DNA of 53,413 nt from Promethearchaeota archaeon Loki_b32 (GCA_005223125.1 NJBH01000028.1:1-53413); one strand, 5' to 3'. Positions 9,713 through 18,751 are shown, counted from the first letter of the stretch. Translations and numbers: made by a program. The notes: generated by a model not told the origin, from the letters alone.

Positions 9713-10812
9713 CTATTGTCATTACTGTGATATTTATAATAAATATTACACGTTCCTTCCATCGAAACCATACATGGACCAATTGGATTAATAGGAGTAC
9801 ATTCCTTTCTGAATAATTTACATTCATATGGATAAAGTTTCCCAACCATTATTAGGTGACATGAACATCCAGGAGGGATGTCTTGAGATTTTTCGATTTT
9901 TATATCAAATTTCTTATCGGCATCAAATTCTTGATGTTCTTCTTTAATTACTAATCCCCCATCGTACACTCTCCCAATGCCTCTCCATGGTGATGAAACA
10001 GACTCAAAAACGTCTTCTATTATTTTTTGAGCGATTATATTTCCTTCAGGCTTTACAACTCTAGAATATTCATTTATTGTATCAAACCTTTTGTCTCTTA
10101 ATTGCCTCAACAGCATTAAAATTGAGAGTAATACATCATTAGGTTCAAAACCAGATATCACATTAGGTATTTTGTATCCTTGAGCAAATATTTCATATGG
10201 TTTCAATCCAATTATTGTTGATACATGTCCGGGAGATATAAAACCATCAATTTTTAACTGAGATTGACTCATCAATAGCTCTAACGCAGCTGGTATTAAC
10301 TTATGAGCACAAATAACTGAGAAGTTAGAAGGAGGTCCAGATTGTAATTCATATCCGATCAACGGCACAGTGGTTTCAAACCCTATAGCAAAAAATATTA
10401 CTTCTTTATTTGGATTTTCTTTAGCAATTTTAATAGCATCATTAGGTCCATAGACAATACGAATATCAGCCCCTTTGGCTTTCAACTCAGCTAAAGAAAT
10501 ACTAGTAGCTGGAACTCGGATCATGTCCCCAAAAGTTGTTATTATCGTGTCATCTCGTCTTCCTAGCTCAACTGCTTTATCAATATCTGCTGCAGGACAT
10601 ATACATACTGGACATCCCGGCCCCGATAATATTTCGATTTCTTTAGGTAATAAAGTTCTTAATCCATATTTAGAAATTGTATGTTCATGAGTCCCACAAA
10701 CATGCATAAATTTAATTGGTTTACCTATTTCATTAATAGTTTTATGTATTGCCTTAATAATTTTATCTGTAAATTCTTTACTCCTTAAAATCTTTATACC
10801 GGGGATGTCCAT
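9709..10812 (-). CDS. hypD: Hydrogenase maturation protein HypD
   Basis: MHVCGTHEH, SGPGCPVC, GFETT, PGHVS and PIGPCMVSMEGTC. Confidence 0.97.
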   Translation of the reverse strand: MDIPGIKILRSKEFTDKIIKAIHKTINEIGKPIKFMHVCGTHEHTISKYGLRTLLPKEIEILSGPGCPVCICPAADIDKAVELGRRDDTIITTFGDMIRVPATSISLAELKAKGADIRIVYGPNDAIKIAKENPNKEVIFFAIGFETTVPLIGYELQSGPPSNFSVICAHKLIPAALELLMSQSQLKIDGFISPGHVSTIIGLKPYEIFAQGYKIPNVISGFEPNDVLLSILMLLRQLRDKRFDTINEYSRVVKPEGNIIAQKIIEDVFESVSSPWRGIGRVYDGGLVIKEEHQEFDADKKFDIKIEKSQDIPPGCSCHLIMVGKLYPYECKLFRKECTPINPIGPCMVSMEGTCNIYYKYHSNDNS

Positions 10813-10950
10813 CTTAATCGATTCAAATTTTAAATTTTAATTTAAACCAATAAATATAATTATTCAAAATTATATTATTTAATTAAATCTACTTTAGAAA
10901 TATTAAGAAACAATAAAAATTATCCTAATATTAAAAATAATTTCATAGCT

Positions 10951-11250
10951 ATGAGTAATAATCAAAGTTTGACAGAAGATATTCGTAAAAAGATTATTGA
11001 AATCCTTAAGAAACATAGAGCAAAAAAAATATCCATTTTTGGATCTTATATTAGAGGGGATGCTACACCAGAAAGTGATTTGGATGTAATAGTTGAATTT
11101 AATGAACCAAAAGGACTTATTAAATTTGTTGGCATAGAAAATGAATTATCAGAGATATTAGGAATAAAAGTAGATCTATTAACTGAGAGTGCGATAAGCT
11201 TATATCTTATTAACGATATTAAAAAAGAAGCTATTGTGATATATGGATGA
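10951..11250 (+). CDS. Minimal nucleotidyltransferase (MNT antitoxin)
   Basis: FGSYIRGDATPESDLDVIV (GS-x10-DxD) and KVDL; 99 aa. Confidence 0.92.
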   Translation: MSNNQSLTEDIRKKIIEILKKHRAKKISIFGSYIRGDATPESDLDVIVEFNEPKGLIKFVGIENELSEILGIKVDLLTESAISLYLINDIKKEAIVIYG

Positions 11251-11402
11251 AAAAAGATAACCTCTTTTTAAGTCATATACTTGATTCCTGTATACATATC
11301 ATAGAATTTACAAAGGATATAGCTAAGAAAGACATATCTATTCTTAAAATAGATATTGAGAAAATATTAAATAAAAAAGATAAGGATGGATACGATGATT
11401 AA
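11247..11402 (+). pseudogene. HEPN/DUF86 toxin with a large in-frame internal deletion (51 aa)
   Basis: ATGA overlap with the MNT stop. MKKDNLFLSHILDSCIHIIEFTKDI joins directly to AKKDISILKIDIEKIL, the typical DUF86 N- and C-terminal helices, with no R-x4-H motif. Confidence 0.75.
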
Positions 11403-12451
11403 CAAATACGAGGTATGGGTTCCCCTAAAGGCATATCTATAAATCGAGTTCCTCCTACAATTGTTTTTAAGAACACTCTTTGAGGATTTTGTACTTTTAC
11501 CTCCCCAATTATTTCAGCATCTTTTCCAATCTCAGTTGACTTGATTTTTTTTAATATTTTTACAGAATGCTCTGGATCAACTGCCAAGAGAGCTCTCCCT
11601 TCACTTGCTATATTGTACGGATCTAATCCTAGCATATCACATATAGCTGTGACTGGTTTTTTAAGAGGGACTTTAACTTCATCAATCCAAATACTTATGT
11701 TAGATTTTATTGCCCAATTATTTAAGGCAGCTGCAATTCCTCCACGTGTTGGATCCTTCATCGCATGAATATAATTATTACTAATATCTAACTTCAATGC
11801 ATCATAAATTTCTAGTAAAAGTGAAATATCTGATATTAAATCAGTAGATATATTTAATCCTTCTCGTGAAGCCATTAATGCGGTTCCATGATCTCCAATA
11901 CTTCCAGTTAGGATAATAAGATCTCCAGTTCTAATGTTGTTGTCCAAAATCTTTATGTCTTTATCTTTAATTCCAATACCTGTTGTTGCAATAATCATTT
12001 CATTTAAAGTTCCTCTCGGCATTACTTTAGTATCCCCTGCAATTATTGCAATATTCGCTTTATGTGCCATGGTATTCATTGAGATAACAATTTTCTCCAG
12101 TTTTTTGAATTCAAAACCCTCTTCTATGATCATCATAGATGTTAAAGCTAATGGTTCTGCACCCATCATTATTAGATCATTTACTGTCCCACATATGCTT
12201 AAAGTTCCTAAATCTCCTCCAGGAAAGAACAGAGGATAAACGGTATGTCCATCTCCAGTTACAACAATTTCTTTATCATAATCTTCCAAAGGAATTGTGG
12301 CCCCATCGTCTAATTCCTCAACACCAATACCATTATTGACATTTTTAAAAGGAATATTTTTCGTGATAAATTTAATTAATTCTTCTTGTAAAACCCCACC
12401 TGCTCCATGTGCTAGGCGTATAACTTCTGAACTCTCTTTTTTTCCGCTCAT
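11399..12451 (-). CDS. hypE: Hydrogenase maturation protein HypE
   Basis: LAHGAGG, FFPGGDLG, GTVNDL, AGDTKV, MKDPTRGG and C-terminal PRIC. Confidence 0.97.
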   Translation of the reverse strand: MSGKKESSEVIRLAHGAGGVLQEELIKFITKNIPFKNVNNGIGVEELDDGATIPLEDYDKEIVVTGDGHTVYPLFFPGGDLGTLSICGTVNDLIMMGAEPLALTSMMIIEEGFEFKKLEKIVISMNTMAHKANIAIIAGDTKVMPRGTLNEMIIATTGIGIKDKDIKILDNNIRTGDLIILTGSIGDHGTALMASREGLNISTDLISDISLLLEIYDALKLDISNNYIHAMKDPTRGGIAAALNNWAIKSNISIWIDEVKVPLKKPVTAICDMLGLDPYNIASEGRALLAVDPEHSVKILKKIKSTEIGKDAEIIGEVKVQNPQRVFLKTIVGGTRFIDMPLGEPIPRIC

Positions 12452-12606
12452 AATAAAAAAAAAGAAGGGAAAATTAAAAGAATTTAGGTTATAAAAGAAT
12501 AATTAAAATTGTACTTTTGAATAATAATTTTCAAATTTAGATTAGTATCTATTCAATAAAAAGAAATTAAAAAAAATAAAGTATTTGAATGATTTAATCT
12601 CGTTAA

Positions 12607-12899
12607 TTACATATTTATGATAGCATCATTTTCAAAAATAAGATCGACGATTTCTTCTGTAGTAACTAATTTAATTTTATCAGAGATGAAATTGGTTAAT
12701 CCTCTTAAATCTATATGCTCTTTACATGCAGCTACGCTTTTCATTTGATTAATTGCCTGTGAAACTGCTTTATTTGATTTATTCGCGAAATATACAGCAT
12801 TTTGGAGAAAAAGAATTGTTACATCATCTTTGTCAGTATGTTCCATAGCAATTCTGCTTGGTATGGTCCATTGAAAAAAAGGATTCCAAGGCGTCCCAT
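12607..12899 (-). pseudogene. DsrE/DsrH(TusB)-like sulfur relay protein, frameshifted near the 5' end
   Basis: ATG at 12899 gives MGRLGILFFNGPYQAE (DsrE-fold start). The body RIAMEHTDKDDVTILFLQNAVY...ACKEHIDLRGL is in a different frame; the track reports only 12607..12846. Confidence 0.7.
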
Positions 12900-12922
12900 A
12901 CTTTCCTTATCATCTCCAGAAT

Positions 12923-13957
12923 TTATTCTTGTTTCCACATAAATAGAAGATAAGCTACTATCCAACATCCCATCACTATAAAAGCGCCTGTGATGATACT
13001 GTGTAATGAAAGTTGTGGGATACCGCTTAAGATATTCGTTACATTACATCCCATTGCTGTTACGGCACCAAATCCCATCAGGCCTCCACCAATAAATTGT
13101 TTGAATAATGTGAATCCATCTTTAGGAACTCTGAACTTAAATTCTCCAGCGATATAAGCACTAACAAAAGATCCAATGATTATACCAAAAATTATAAAAC
13201 CAGCCCACATAACAGAATCTGTAGTTGTAATCCACAAGTGAATATCCATCCAACCACCTGGGATACAAATAACTCCATTACTGGCAACATATCCAGCGGT
13301 TAAAATTAAGCCAATAAGGATCCCAGTAACCCACCAAGGATATCCCTTTTTGAATGTCGCTTCTTTAAAATTTCCAAATTTTATCAAAGAATCATTTAGT
13401 TCTCTTTTTTTCTTAATTGCGGGCCATCCCCAGAAGAAGAACATCAGTACAATTCCTATTATACCCACTATGAGCATAAAAACTGGTGTTAATGTGGTGT
13501 CAAATTCCCCGAAAAGTGTAAGTTTTGTTCCAACTGTTAAGTCTTGTAAGTTGTTCTTAGCATTTACTATGGGTCCCATAGCTGTCATTATTGCGCCTAT
13601 TGTTAATCCAACAGCAGCTATAAATGATCCCATCATTCCTTCTCCTACTCTATATGTCGTTCCACTCGCGCATCCTGCTGCAAGTACCATTCCAATTCCA
13701 AAAATTAAGCCACCAACAATTGCAGCTATTGGTTTTAAGGGGTTTGGATTTAAATCGATTACTCCACCAAAAGCAAATATGGCAAGACCAACCATTAGAA
13801 CGGCAAGTGAAATTGTTACTGCTTTTGCTAGTCTATATTCTTTTAAGAAAATAATATCTCTGAATGCAGAATTCATGCAGAATCTTCCACGTTGTAAAAT
13901 AAAACCAAAAATGGCTCCAATTATGAGCCCTGCTACCAATGAGTACCAAAATTCCAT
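12923..13957 (-). CDS. yeeE: YeeE/YedE family sulfur-compound (thiosulfate/selenium) transporter
   Basis: About 9 TM helices with the three conserved Cys motifs QRGRFCM, LAAGCASG and AMGCNV. Confidence 0.92.
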   Translation of the reverse strand: MEFWYSLVAGLIIGAIFGFILQRGRFCMNSAFRDIIFLKEYRLAKAVTISLAVLMVGLAIFAFGGVIDLNPNPLKPIAAIVGGLIFGIGMVLAAGCASGTTYRVGEGMMGSFIAAVGLTIGAIMTAMGPIVNAKNNLQDLTVGTKLTLFGEFDTTLTPVFMLIVGIIGIVLMFFFWGWPAIKKKRELNDSLIKFGNFKEATFKKGYPWWVTGILIGLILTAGYVASNGVICIPGGWMDIHLWITTTDSVMWAGFIIFGIIIGSFVSAYIAGEFKFRVPKDGFTLFKQFIGGGLMGFGAVTAMGCNVTNILSGIPQLSLHSIITGAFIVMGCWIVAYLLFMWKQE

Positions 13958-13969
13958 TTTATTTTCACC

Positions 13970-14203
13970 TTATTTTATTTGGACGAGAATCTTCCAAGAA
14001 GAATCTCCGGTTTTTTCTACAGATAGCACTTCATGCCCCATAGATTTCATTGTCTCTGGAATTCTTTCAGCTGAAAGAGGATAATCAATCAAAATCTCAA
14101 GTACATCTCCAGAATTCATTTTTTTAACAATTCTCTTACTTTTTACATCTGGATAAGGACAAACATCGCCCGTGCAATCCAGTGTATCTGTAATATCTAC
14201 CAT
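13970..14203 (-). CDS. tusA: TusA/YeeD/YedF family sulfur carrier
   Basis: LDCTGDVCPYP (CPxP) and GDVLEILID. Start moved to ATG 14203 (77 aa), the usual family length. Confidence 0.92.
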   Translation of the reverse strand: MVDITDTLDCTGDVCPYPDVKSKRIVKKMNSGDVLEILIDYPLSAERIPETMKSMGHEVLSVEKTGDSSWKILVQIK

Positions 14204-14341
14204 TTCAATCCAACTTTTTTTATTGTTTTTTATATATGACTTCTGAATAATCATTCAATAAAAGAACGATAATACTCATTGGATTTTAGAATATTTAAAA
14301 TTATTATATTTAAAAGTAAAATGAATCAGAAGTTTTTAATA

Positions 14342-14357
14342 AAGTTATGAATAACTT
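14342..14357. promoter_or_regulatory. Palindrome AAGTTAT-GA-ATAACTT, candidate operator in a divergent promoter
   Basis: Perfect 7-2-7 inverted repeat between the tusA and vhuG starts; the AT-rich context lowers its significance. Confidence 0.3.
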
Positions 14358-14431
14358 ATTTCAACTAATTTTTTTTATTACAAATTAGCTAATTTAAATA
14401 AATAAAAAAAAACAACAAAAATTGATATAAA

Positions 14432-15745
14432 ATGGCAGTAAAAGTAGCTTTTATGCAACTTTCCGATTGTTGGGGCTGTCATCAATCCTTATTAAATAAT
14501 CACTTAGGATTGTTGCCAGTTCTTCCAGCACTCGAAATAGTTTACTGGCCAGCAGTAGTAGACTTTAAACATGATTCATTGAAAGCAAGAGAAAATGGTT
14601 CAGTATTAGTCGGATTCATTGAAGGATCAATTAGAACTAACGAAGATTATGAAAACGTAAAATTAATGAGAGACAAATGTGCTTTGATTATTGCTTTTGG
14701 TAGTTGTTCATGCTATGGAAATGTACATGGCCTTGCTAACCAATGGAATAAAGACGACTTAGTAAGAAGAAAATTCTCTGAAGTAGAAAGTATAGCGGAT
14801 GGTAGTGGTGGTGAACCAACAGAACATACACCGGGTTTTAGAGATAAAATCGTCCCGGTAGATGAAGTAGTTAACGTAGATGCGTATATTGCAGGATGTC
14901 CTCCAAAACCAGAAGGTATTGTCTCTGCGATAGCATTTCTGTTAGGACAAAAACCTTTTCCTATGAATGATCTAGCATTTTGTAATGATTGCAGTATTAA
15001 GGATAATTGTCTATTAGATACAGGAAAACTATGTTTTGGTCCAATTACTAGTATTGGTTGTAGTTTAAAATGTACTAGTAATGGAAACCCATGTGTTGGT
15101 TGCTTTGGTCCAGCAAAGACAGTGGATTCACGAGCAGAGAAATTAATCGGAATGACAAAAAGTCTTGCATCAATTAGTTCAGGGGATAAAAAGAATTTGT
15201 ATGAATTCTTAACACTATTCCTAAATATTCCATTGATGGCGGGATTTGATTTAGCTGGAGATATATTAAAGCAAGTTAAGAAATATGGAAGCCCTAGTAC
15301 CCCTTTAGCAAATCTACCTCCTACAACAGAGGAAATTGCAGGTGGTTTAATGGCTTTCTTAAGAGATAATCCAGATTTCACTGAAATTTCAAATGTCTGT
15401 GATACATGTCCTAGAATTATAGGAAGCAAGTCTACGATGACAAGAGTTAAAAGAGATTATGAAGGACTTCCTAATATGGAAGATTGCCTTATTGAACAAG
15501 GATATATCTGTATGGGACCTGTCACTAAAGCTGGCTGTGGTGGTTTATGTATAACGGTTAATACTCCATGTAGTGGCTGTTATGGTCAAACTAAATGGGG
15601 TGTTAATCAAGCAGAGAGATTTGCAGATACAGTGTTAAAACAGTTTAATGTGAGCTTATCGAAGGATGATCTACTTGCTCAAGTTAAAGATCCTATTGGT
15701 ACTTTTGAAAAATTCACATTAGCATCAAGAAAAGGAGGCGTATAA
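14432..15745 (+). CDS. vhuG: Group 3c (Mvh/Vhu-type) hydrogenase small subunit with a duplicated C-terminal Fe-S domain
   Basis: SDCWGC, EGSI, FGSCSCYG and IAGCPP, then two copies of CxxC..CL..CxGP.T..GC...C....PCxGCxG. Confidence 0.9.
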   Translation: MAVKVAFMQLSDCWGCHQSLLNNHLGLLPVLPALEIVYWPAVVDFKHDSLKARENGSVLVGFIEGSIRTNEDYENVKLMRDKCALIIAFGSCSCYGNVHGLANQWNKDDLVRRKFSEVESIADGSGGEPTEHTPGFRDKIVPVDEVVNVDAYIAGCPPKPEGIVSAIAFLLGQKPFPMNDLAFCNDCSIKDNCLLDTGKLCFGPITSIGCSLKCTSNGNPCVGCFGPAKTVDSRAEKLIGMTKSLASISSGDKKNLYEFLTLFLNIPLMAGFDLAGDILKQVKKYGSPSTPLANLPPTTEEIAGGLMAFLRDNPDFTEISNVCDTCPRIIGSKSTMTRVKRDYEGLPNMEDCLIEQGYICMGPVTKAGCGGLCITVNTPCSGCYGQTKWGVNQAERFADTVLKQFNVSLSKDDLLAQVKDPIGTFEKFTLASRKGGV

Positions 15746-15749
15746 AAAA

Positions 15750-17054
15750 ATGGTAAAAGTAATAGAAGTAGAGCCTGTTACTCGATTAGAGGGGCATGGA
15801 GGTTTAAGAGTAGTTTTAGATGATGATGGTAAGGTACAAGATGTTCAGTTTAATATCACTTCAACGAGATTTTTTGAAAAATTTCTTGAAGGTCGTTACT
15901 GCGAGCATATTCCAAGAATAACACCTAGAATTTGTGGTATCTGTCCAATTCCTCATCATTTAACACCAACTAAAGCAGTAGAAGATGCTTGGGGTGTCAA
16001 AATTCCTCCTGCTGCATATAAATTGCGTCAATTGTTGCAAAACGCAAAACAATATTCATCACATACATTACATTTCTATGCACTTGCAGCTCCTGATTTC
16101 TTATTAGGACCTTTTGCAGATCCTGCGCTAAGGAACGTAGTACATGTTATTAATAAAATGCCAGATGTAGGTAAAATGGCTTTAAAAATGATGGATTTTG
16201 GTCAAAAATTATGTGCTGCAATTGGAGGTAAATCTGTGCATCCTATCAGTGCTATAGTCGGGGGAATGAAAAAGCCTTTAGATGAAGATGTCCGAGATAA
16301 ATTCTTGAAGCAAATTGAGGATCAAGTTGAATGGGCTAAAAAAACTGTAGATATAGGATTAAAAGTTGTCGAAGATTATTGGGATGTTGTAGCTAATGTA
16401 GGTGTTGTCCCTACTTATTACGTTGGAATGACAAAGAATGGTATCCATGATATTTATGATGGAGATATTCGTATTGTTTCTCCTGACGGAGAAAAATTTG
16501 ATTATCCACCTCAAAAATATTTAGATGCTTTAGGTGAACATATACCGGAACATTCTTATGCAACTCACATGTATTATAAACCAGCAGGGTACCCTGAAGG
16601 TATTTATCGAGCGAATACATTAGCAATGACCAACTGTGCTGATAAAATGGCGACTCCCTTAGCTGATGAAGCATTGCAAGCAATGAGAGCAAAAATTGGA
16701 AACATATCTCATCATACATTCGCGTATCACTGGGCTCGATTAATTGAATTAGTTGAGTCAATTGAAGTTATTGCAACACTTCTTCAAGATGATGATGTGG
16801 TTAATACTGATTGTAAAACATTAGATGTGCAACCAAGAGAAGGAGATGGAGTCGGTATCACTGAAGCTCCTAGAGGATTACTCTTATATCATATATGGTC
16901 TGATGCTGAGGGTATTTGTAAGAAAGCAAACCTCTTAGTTGCGACTAACCATAATATCGCAGGGATTGAGAAGACACTAATGCATGTTGCTAAACAAGTA
17001 TTTGAAGACAAAGCGTTAGAAGGACTTAAATTACCAGATCCATGGATAAAATAA
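15750..17054 (+). CDS. vhuA: Group 3c hydrogenase large subunit, N-terminal part (no C-terminal Ni motif)
   Basis: EPVTRLEGHG, RICGICPIPHH (L1), EAPRGLLLYH and ANLLVATNHN; ends without DPCxxC. Confidence 0.93.
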   Translation: MVKVIEVEPVTRLEGHGGLRVVLDDDGKVQDVQFNITSTRFFEKFLEGRYCEHIPRITPRICGICPIPHHLTPTKAVEDAWGVKIPPAAYKLRQLLQNAKQYSSHTLHFYALAAPDFLLGPFADPALRNVVHVINKMPDVGKMALKMMDFGQKLCAAIGGKSVHPISAIVGGMKKPLDEDVRDKFLKQIEDQVEWAKKTVDIGLKVVEDYWDVVANVGVVPTYYVGMTKNGIHDIYDGDIRIVSPDGEKFDYPPQKYLDALGEHIPEHSYATHMYYKPAGYPEGIYRANTLAMTNCADKMATPLADEALQAMRAKIGNISHHTFAYHWARLIELVESIEVIATLLQDDDVVNTDCKTLDVQPREGDGVGITEAPRGLLLYHIWSDAEGICKKANLLVATNHNIAGIEKTLMHVAKQVFEDKALEGLKLPDPWIK

Positions 17055-17086
17055 ACTAAATCAAAATTTAGAGTGTGAACAAAAAA

Positions 17087-17236
17087 ATGAGTGATATACC
17101 AGAAGGAGTAGTAAACATCTTAGAAATGATAGTCCGTTGTTTTGACTGTTGACTATCGTGTGCCGCTCACATCACAGTAGTTGATGAGGATGGTAAAGAA
17201 ATTTACTCTCGTGAGATGAACGTTGGTTTAGGATGA
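17087..17236 (+). CDS. vhuU: Selenocysteine-containing small hydrogenase subunit (49 aa; Sec TGA at 17150-17152)
   Basis: Manual translation MSDIPEGVVNILEMIVRCFDC-U-LSCAAHITVVDEDGKEIYSREMNVGLG. Supplies the L2 motif missing from vhuA; the TGA sits exactly at the Ni-ligand position; GTGA leader upstream. Confidence 0.93.
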
Positions 17237-17295
17237 AATATCCAATAAAAATTATAGATTGGATATGACTGCCCTTGCCTGGGTTAAAAACCAAC
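17222..17295 (+). promoter_or_regulatory. Eukaryote-like SECIS element candidate
   Basis: ATGA (17233-36), stem ATATCCAAT (17238-46), loop starting AAAAA, ATTGGATAT (17258-66), GA (17267-68). Outer complementary arms GTTGGTTT (17222-29) and AAACCAAC (17288-95). Confidence 0.8.
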
Positions 17296-17345
17296 AAATA
17301 TGAACAAATATAGAATAAAAAACGTAAAAAAAAAGTGAAAAAAAA

Positions 17346-17870
17346 ATGACATTACCATTAGGTATAGATTTTGAATTTAGGAAACTTATAATGGACGTCC
17401 ATGTGTCATCTGATAAAATCAAATACTGTTATCAATGTAGCAGATGTACAGATAATTGTCCTGTCGCTGCAGTAGCTAACCCATTTTACGAAAACATTTT
17501 TGATCCTAGATTAATTGTCTTAGGTACTCTATTAGGGTATAAAGATGTTGTAATGGCTCTTGCCGGCAAAAAATCGGCGATTGTACCATGGGGTTGTACT
17601 GTATGTGATACATGTGATACTGTCTGTCCTCAAGCTATTGAGGTCACTGAAATTATTACTTTAGCGAAAAACATAACTACTGGAGCTGGACTAGCACCAG
17701 ACAGTGTTGTAGCTCAAGCAAAATCTGTTTTCGAGAGTGGAAAAGCTATTCCATCTCAACCCGCGATCGAGAGAAGACGTGAGCAATTAGGCTTACCAAG
17801 TGTTGTTGCACCAGATGTTAATGAAGTTCAAACTTTATTAAAAGCAATAGGTGCTGATAAAAAATTATAA
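17346..17870 (+). CDS. hdrC: Heterodisulfide reductase subunit C-like (2x[4Fe-4S])
   Basis: CYQCSRCTDNCP and WGCTVCDTCDTVCPQ; RRREQLGLP tail. Confidence 0.9.
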   Translation: MTLPLGIDFEFRKLIMDVHVSSDKIKYCYQCSRCTDNCPVAAVANPFYENIFDPRLIVLGTLLGYKDVVMALAGKKSAIVPWGCTVCDTCDTVCPQAIEVTEIITLAKNITTGAGLAPDSVVAQAKSVFESGKAIPSQPAIERRREQLGLPSVVAPDVNEVQTLLKAIGADKKL

Positions 17871-18751
17871 TGGAGGATAAGAAAATGACAGAATATAAAA
17901 TGTTTGAAGGATGTGTTATTGGAAACAGAATTCCGTTTATTGAGGCAGCCTCCAGAAAGGTTTTAGACAAAATTGGGGTCCAAACATCACAAGCTCCATT
18001 TGCTTGTTGTCCAGATCCTACAGGAGTAAAAAGCTTTGACAACACAGCGTGGTTGGCCTTAGGTGCTCGAAACTTATGTTTAGCAGAAGCTGAAGGCAAG
18101 GATATTATCTCTCTTTGTAATGGTTGTACTAATACACTTCGTGGAGTACAGCACCAATTAAAACATGATTCCAATAAAAAAGAAGCCATTAATAAAGAAT
18201 TGGCTAAAATTGGCAAGGAATATAAAGGTTCCATTGATGTAAAGCATTTTGTTGACGTATTATTGTCAAATTTAGATGCGATAAAGGGTGCAATTACGAA
18301 GCAAATGGGTGATTTAAAAGTTGCTTGTCATCCTGGTTGCCATTACATGCGACCTGTTGAATGGATGGATTCTGATGATCCCTTACGTCCAAAAAATTTG
18401 AAAGAAATTGTTGCTGTTTCAGGAGCTAATGTAGTTGATTATGAAGAATTAGCTCTTTGCTGTGGGAATGCTGTTGCAGGTCCGTTTCCAGAACATGGAG
18501 ACGCAATCTTAAAGCAAAAATATGACTCGATTAAAAAAGCTGGCGCAAATTGTATCGTTGTAAACTGTCCTGCATGTTTTCAAAGATTAGACGGAGAACA
18601 ACGAAATCTTTCAAAGAAATTTGAAACTGAATATAATATTCCTATATTATATATAACGGAATTGTTAGCTTTAGCTATGGGTGTAAGTTCTGAGGAGATT
18701 GGTTTAAAAAACCATCGAACTAGACGAAATACAGCTATAGAAAATCTTTAA
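17870..18751 (+). CDS. hdrB: Heterodisulfide reductase subunit B-like (two CCG domains)
   Basis: EGC..ACCPDP..CNGC and HPGCH..LCCG..NCPAC. An alternative start at ATG 17885 follows GGAGG. Confidence 0.93.
   Translation: MEDKKMTEYKMFEGCVIGNRIPFIEAASRKVLDKIGVQTSQAPFACCPDPTGVKSFDNTAWLALGARNLCLAEAEGKDIISLCNGCTNTLRGVQHQLKHDSNKKEAINKELAKIGKEYKGSIDVKHFVDVLLSNLDAIKGAITKQMGDLKVACHPGCHYMRPVEWMDSDDPLRPKNLKEIVAVSGANVVDYEELALCCGNAVAGPFPEHGDAILKQKYDSIKKAGANCIVVNCPACFQRLDGEQRNLSKKFETEYNIPILYITELLALAMGVSSEEIGLKNHRTRRNTAIENL

Noticed and set aside
13350-14084. 244-aa plus-strand ORF
   Set aside because: Antisense shadow of yeeE/tusA with no motifs.
14713-15429. 238-aa minus-strand ORF
   Set aside because: Antisense shadow of vhuG.
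17234-17248. Read-through of the second vhuU TGA as another Sec
   Set aside because: It would add only U-N-I-Q to a tail expected to be cleaved, and the codon lies inside the SECIS itself.
17346-18751. hdrBC as evidence of methanogenesis
   Set aside because: No mcr or mtr genes in the window, and Hdr-like modules are widespread in non-methanogens.
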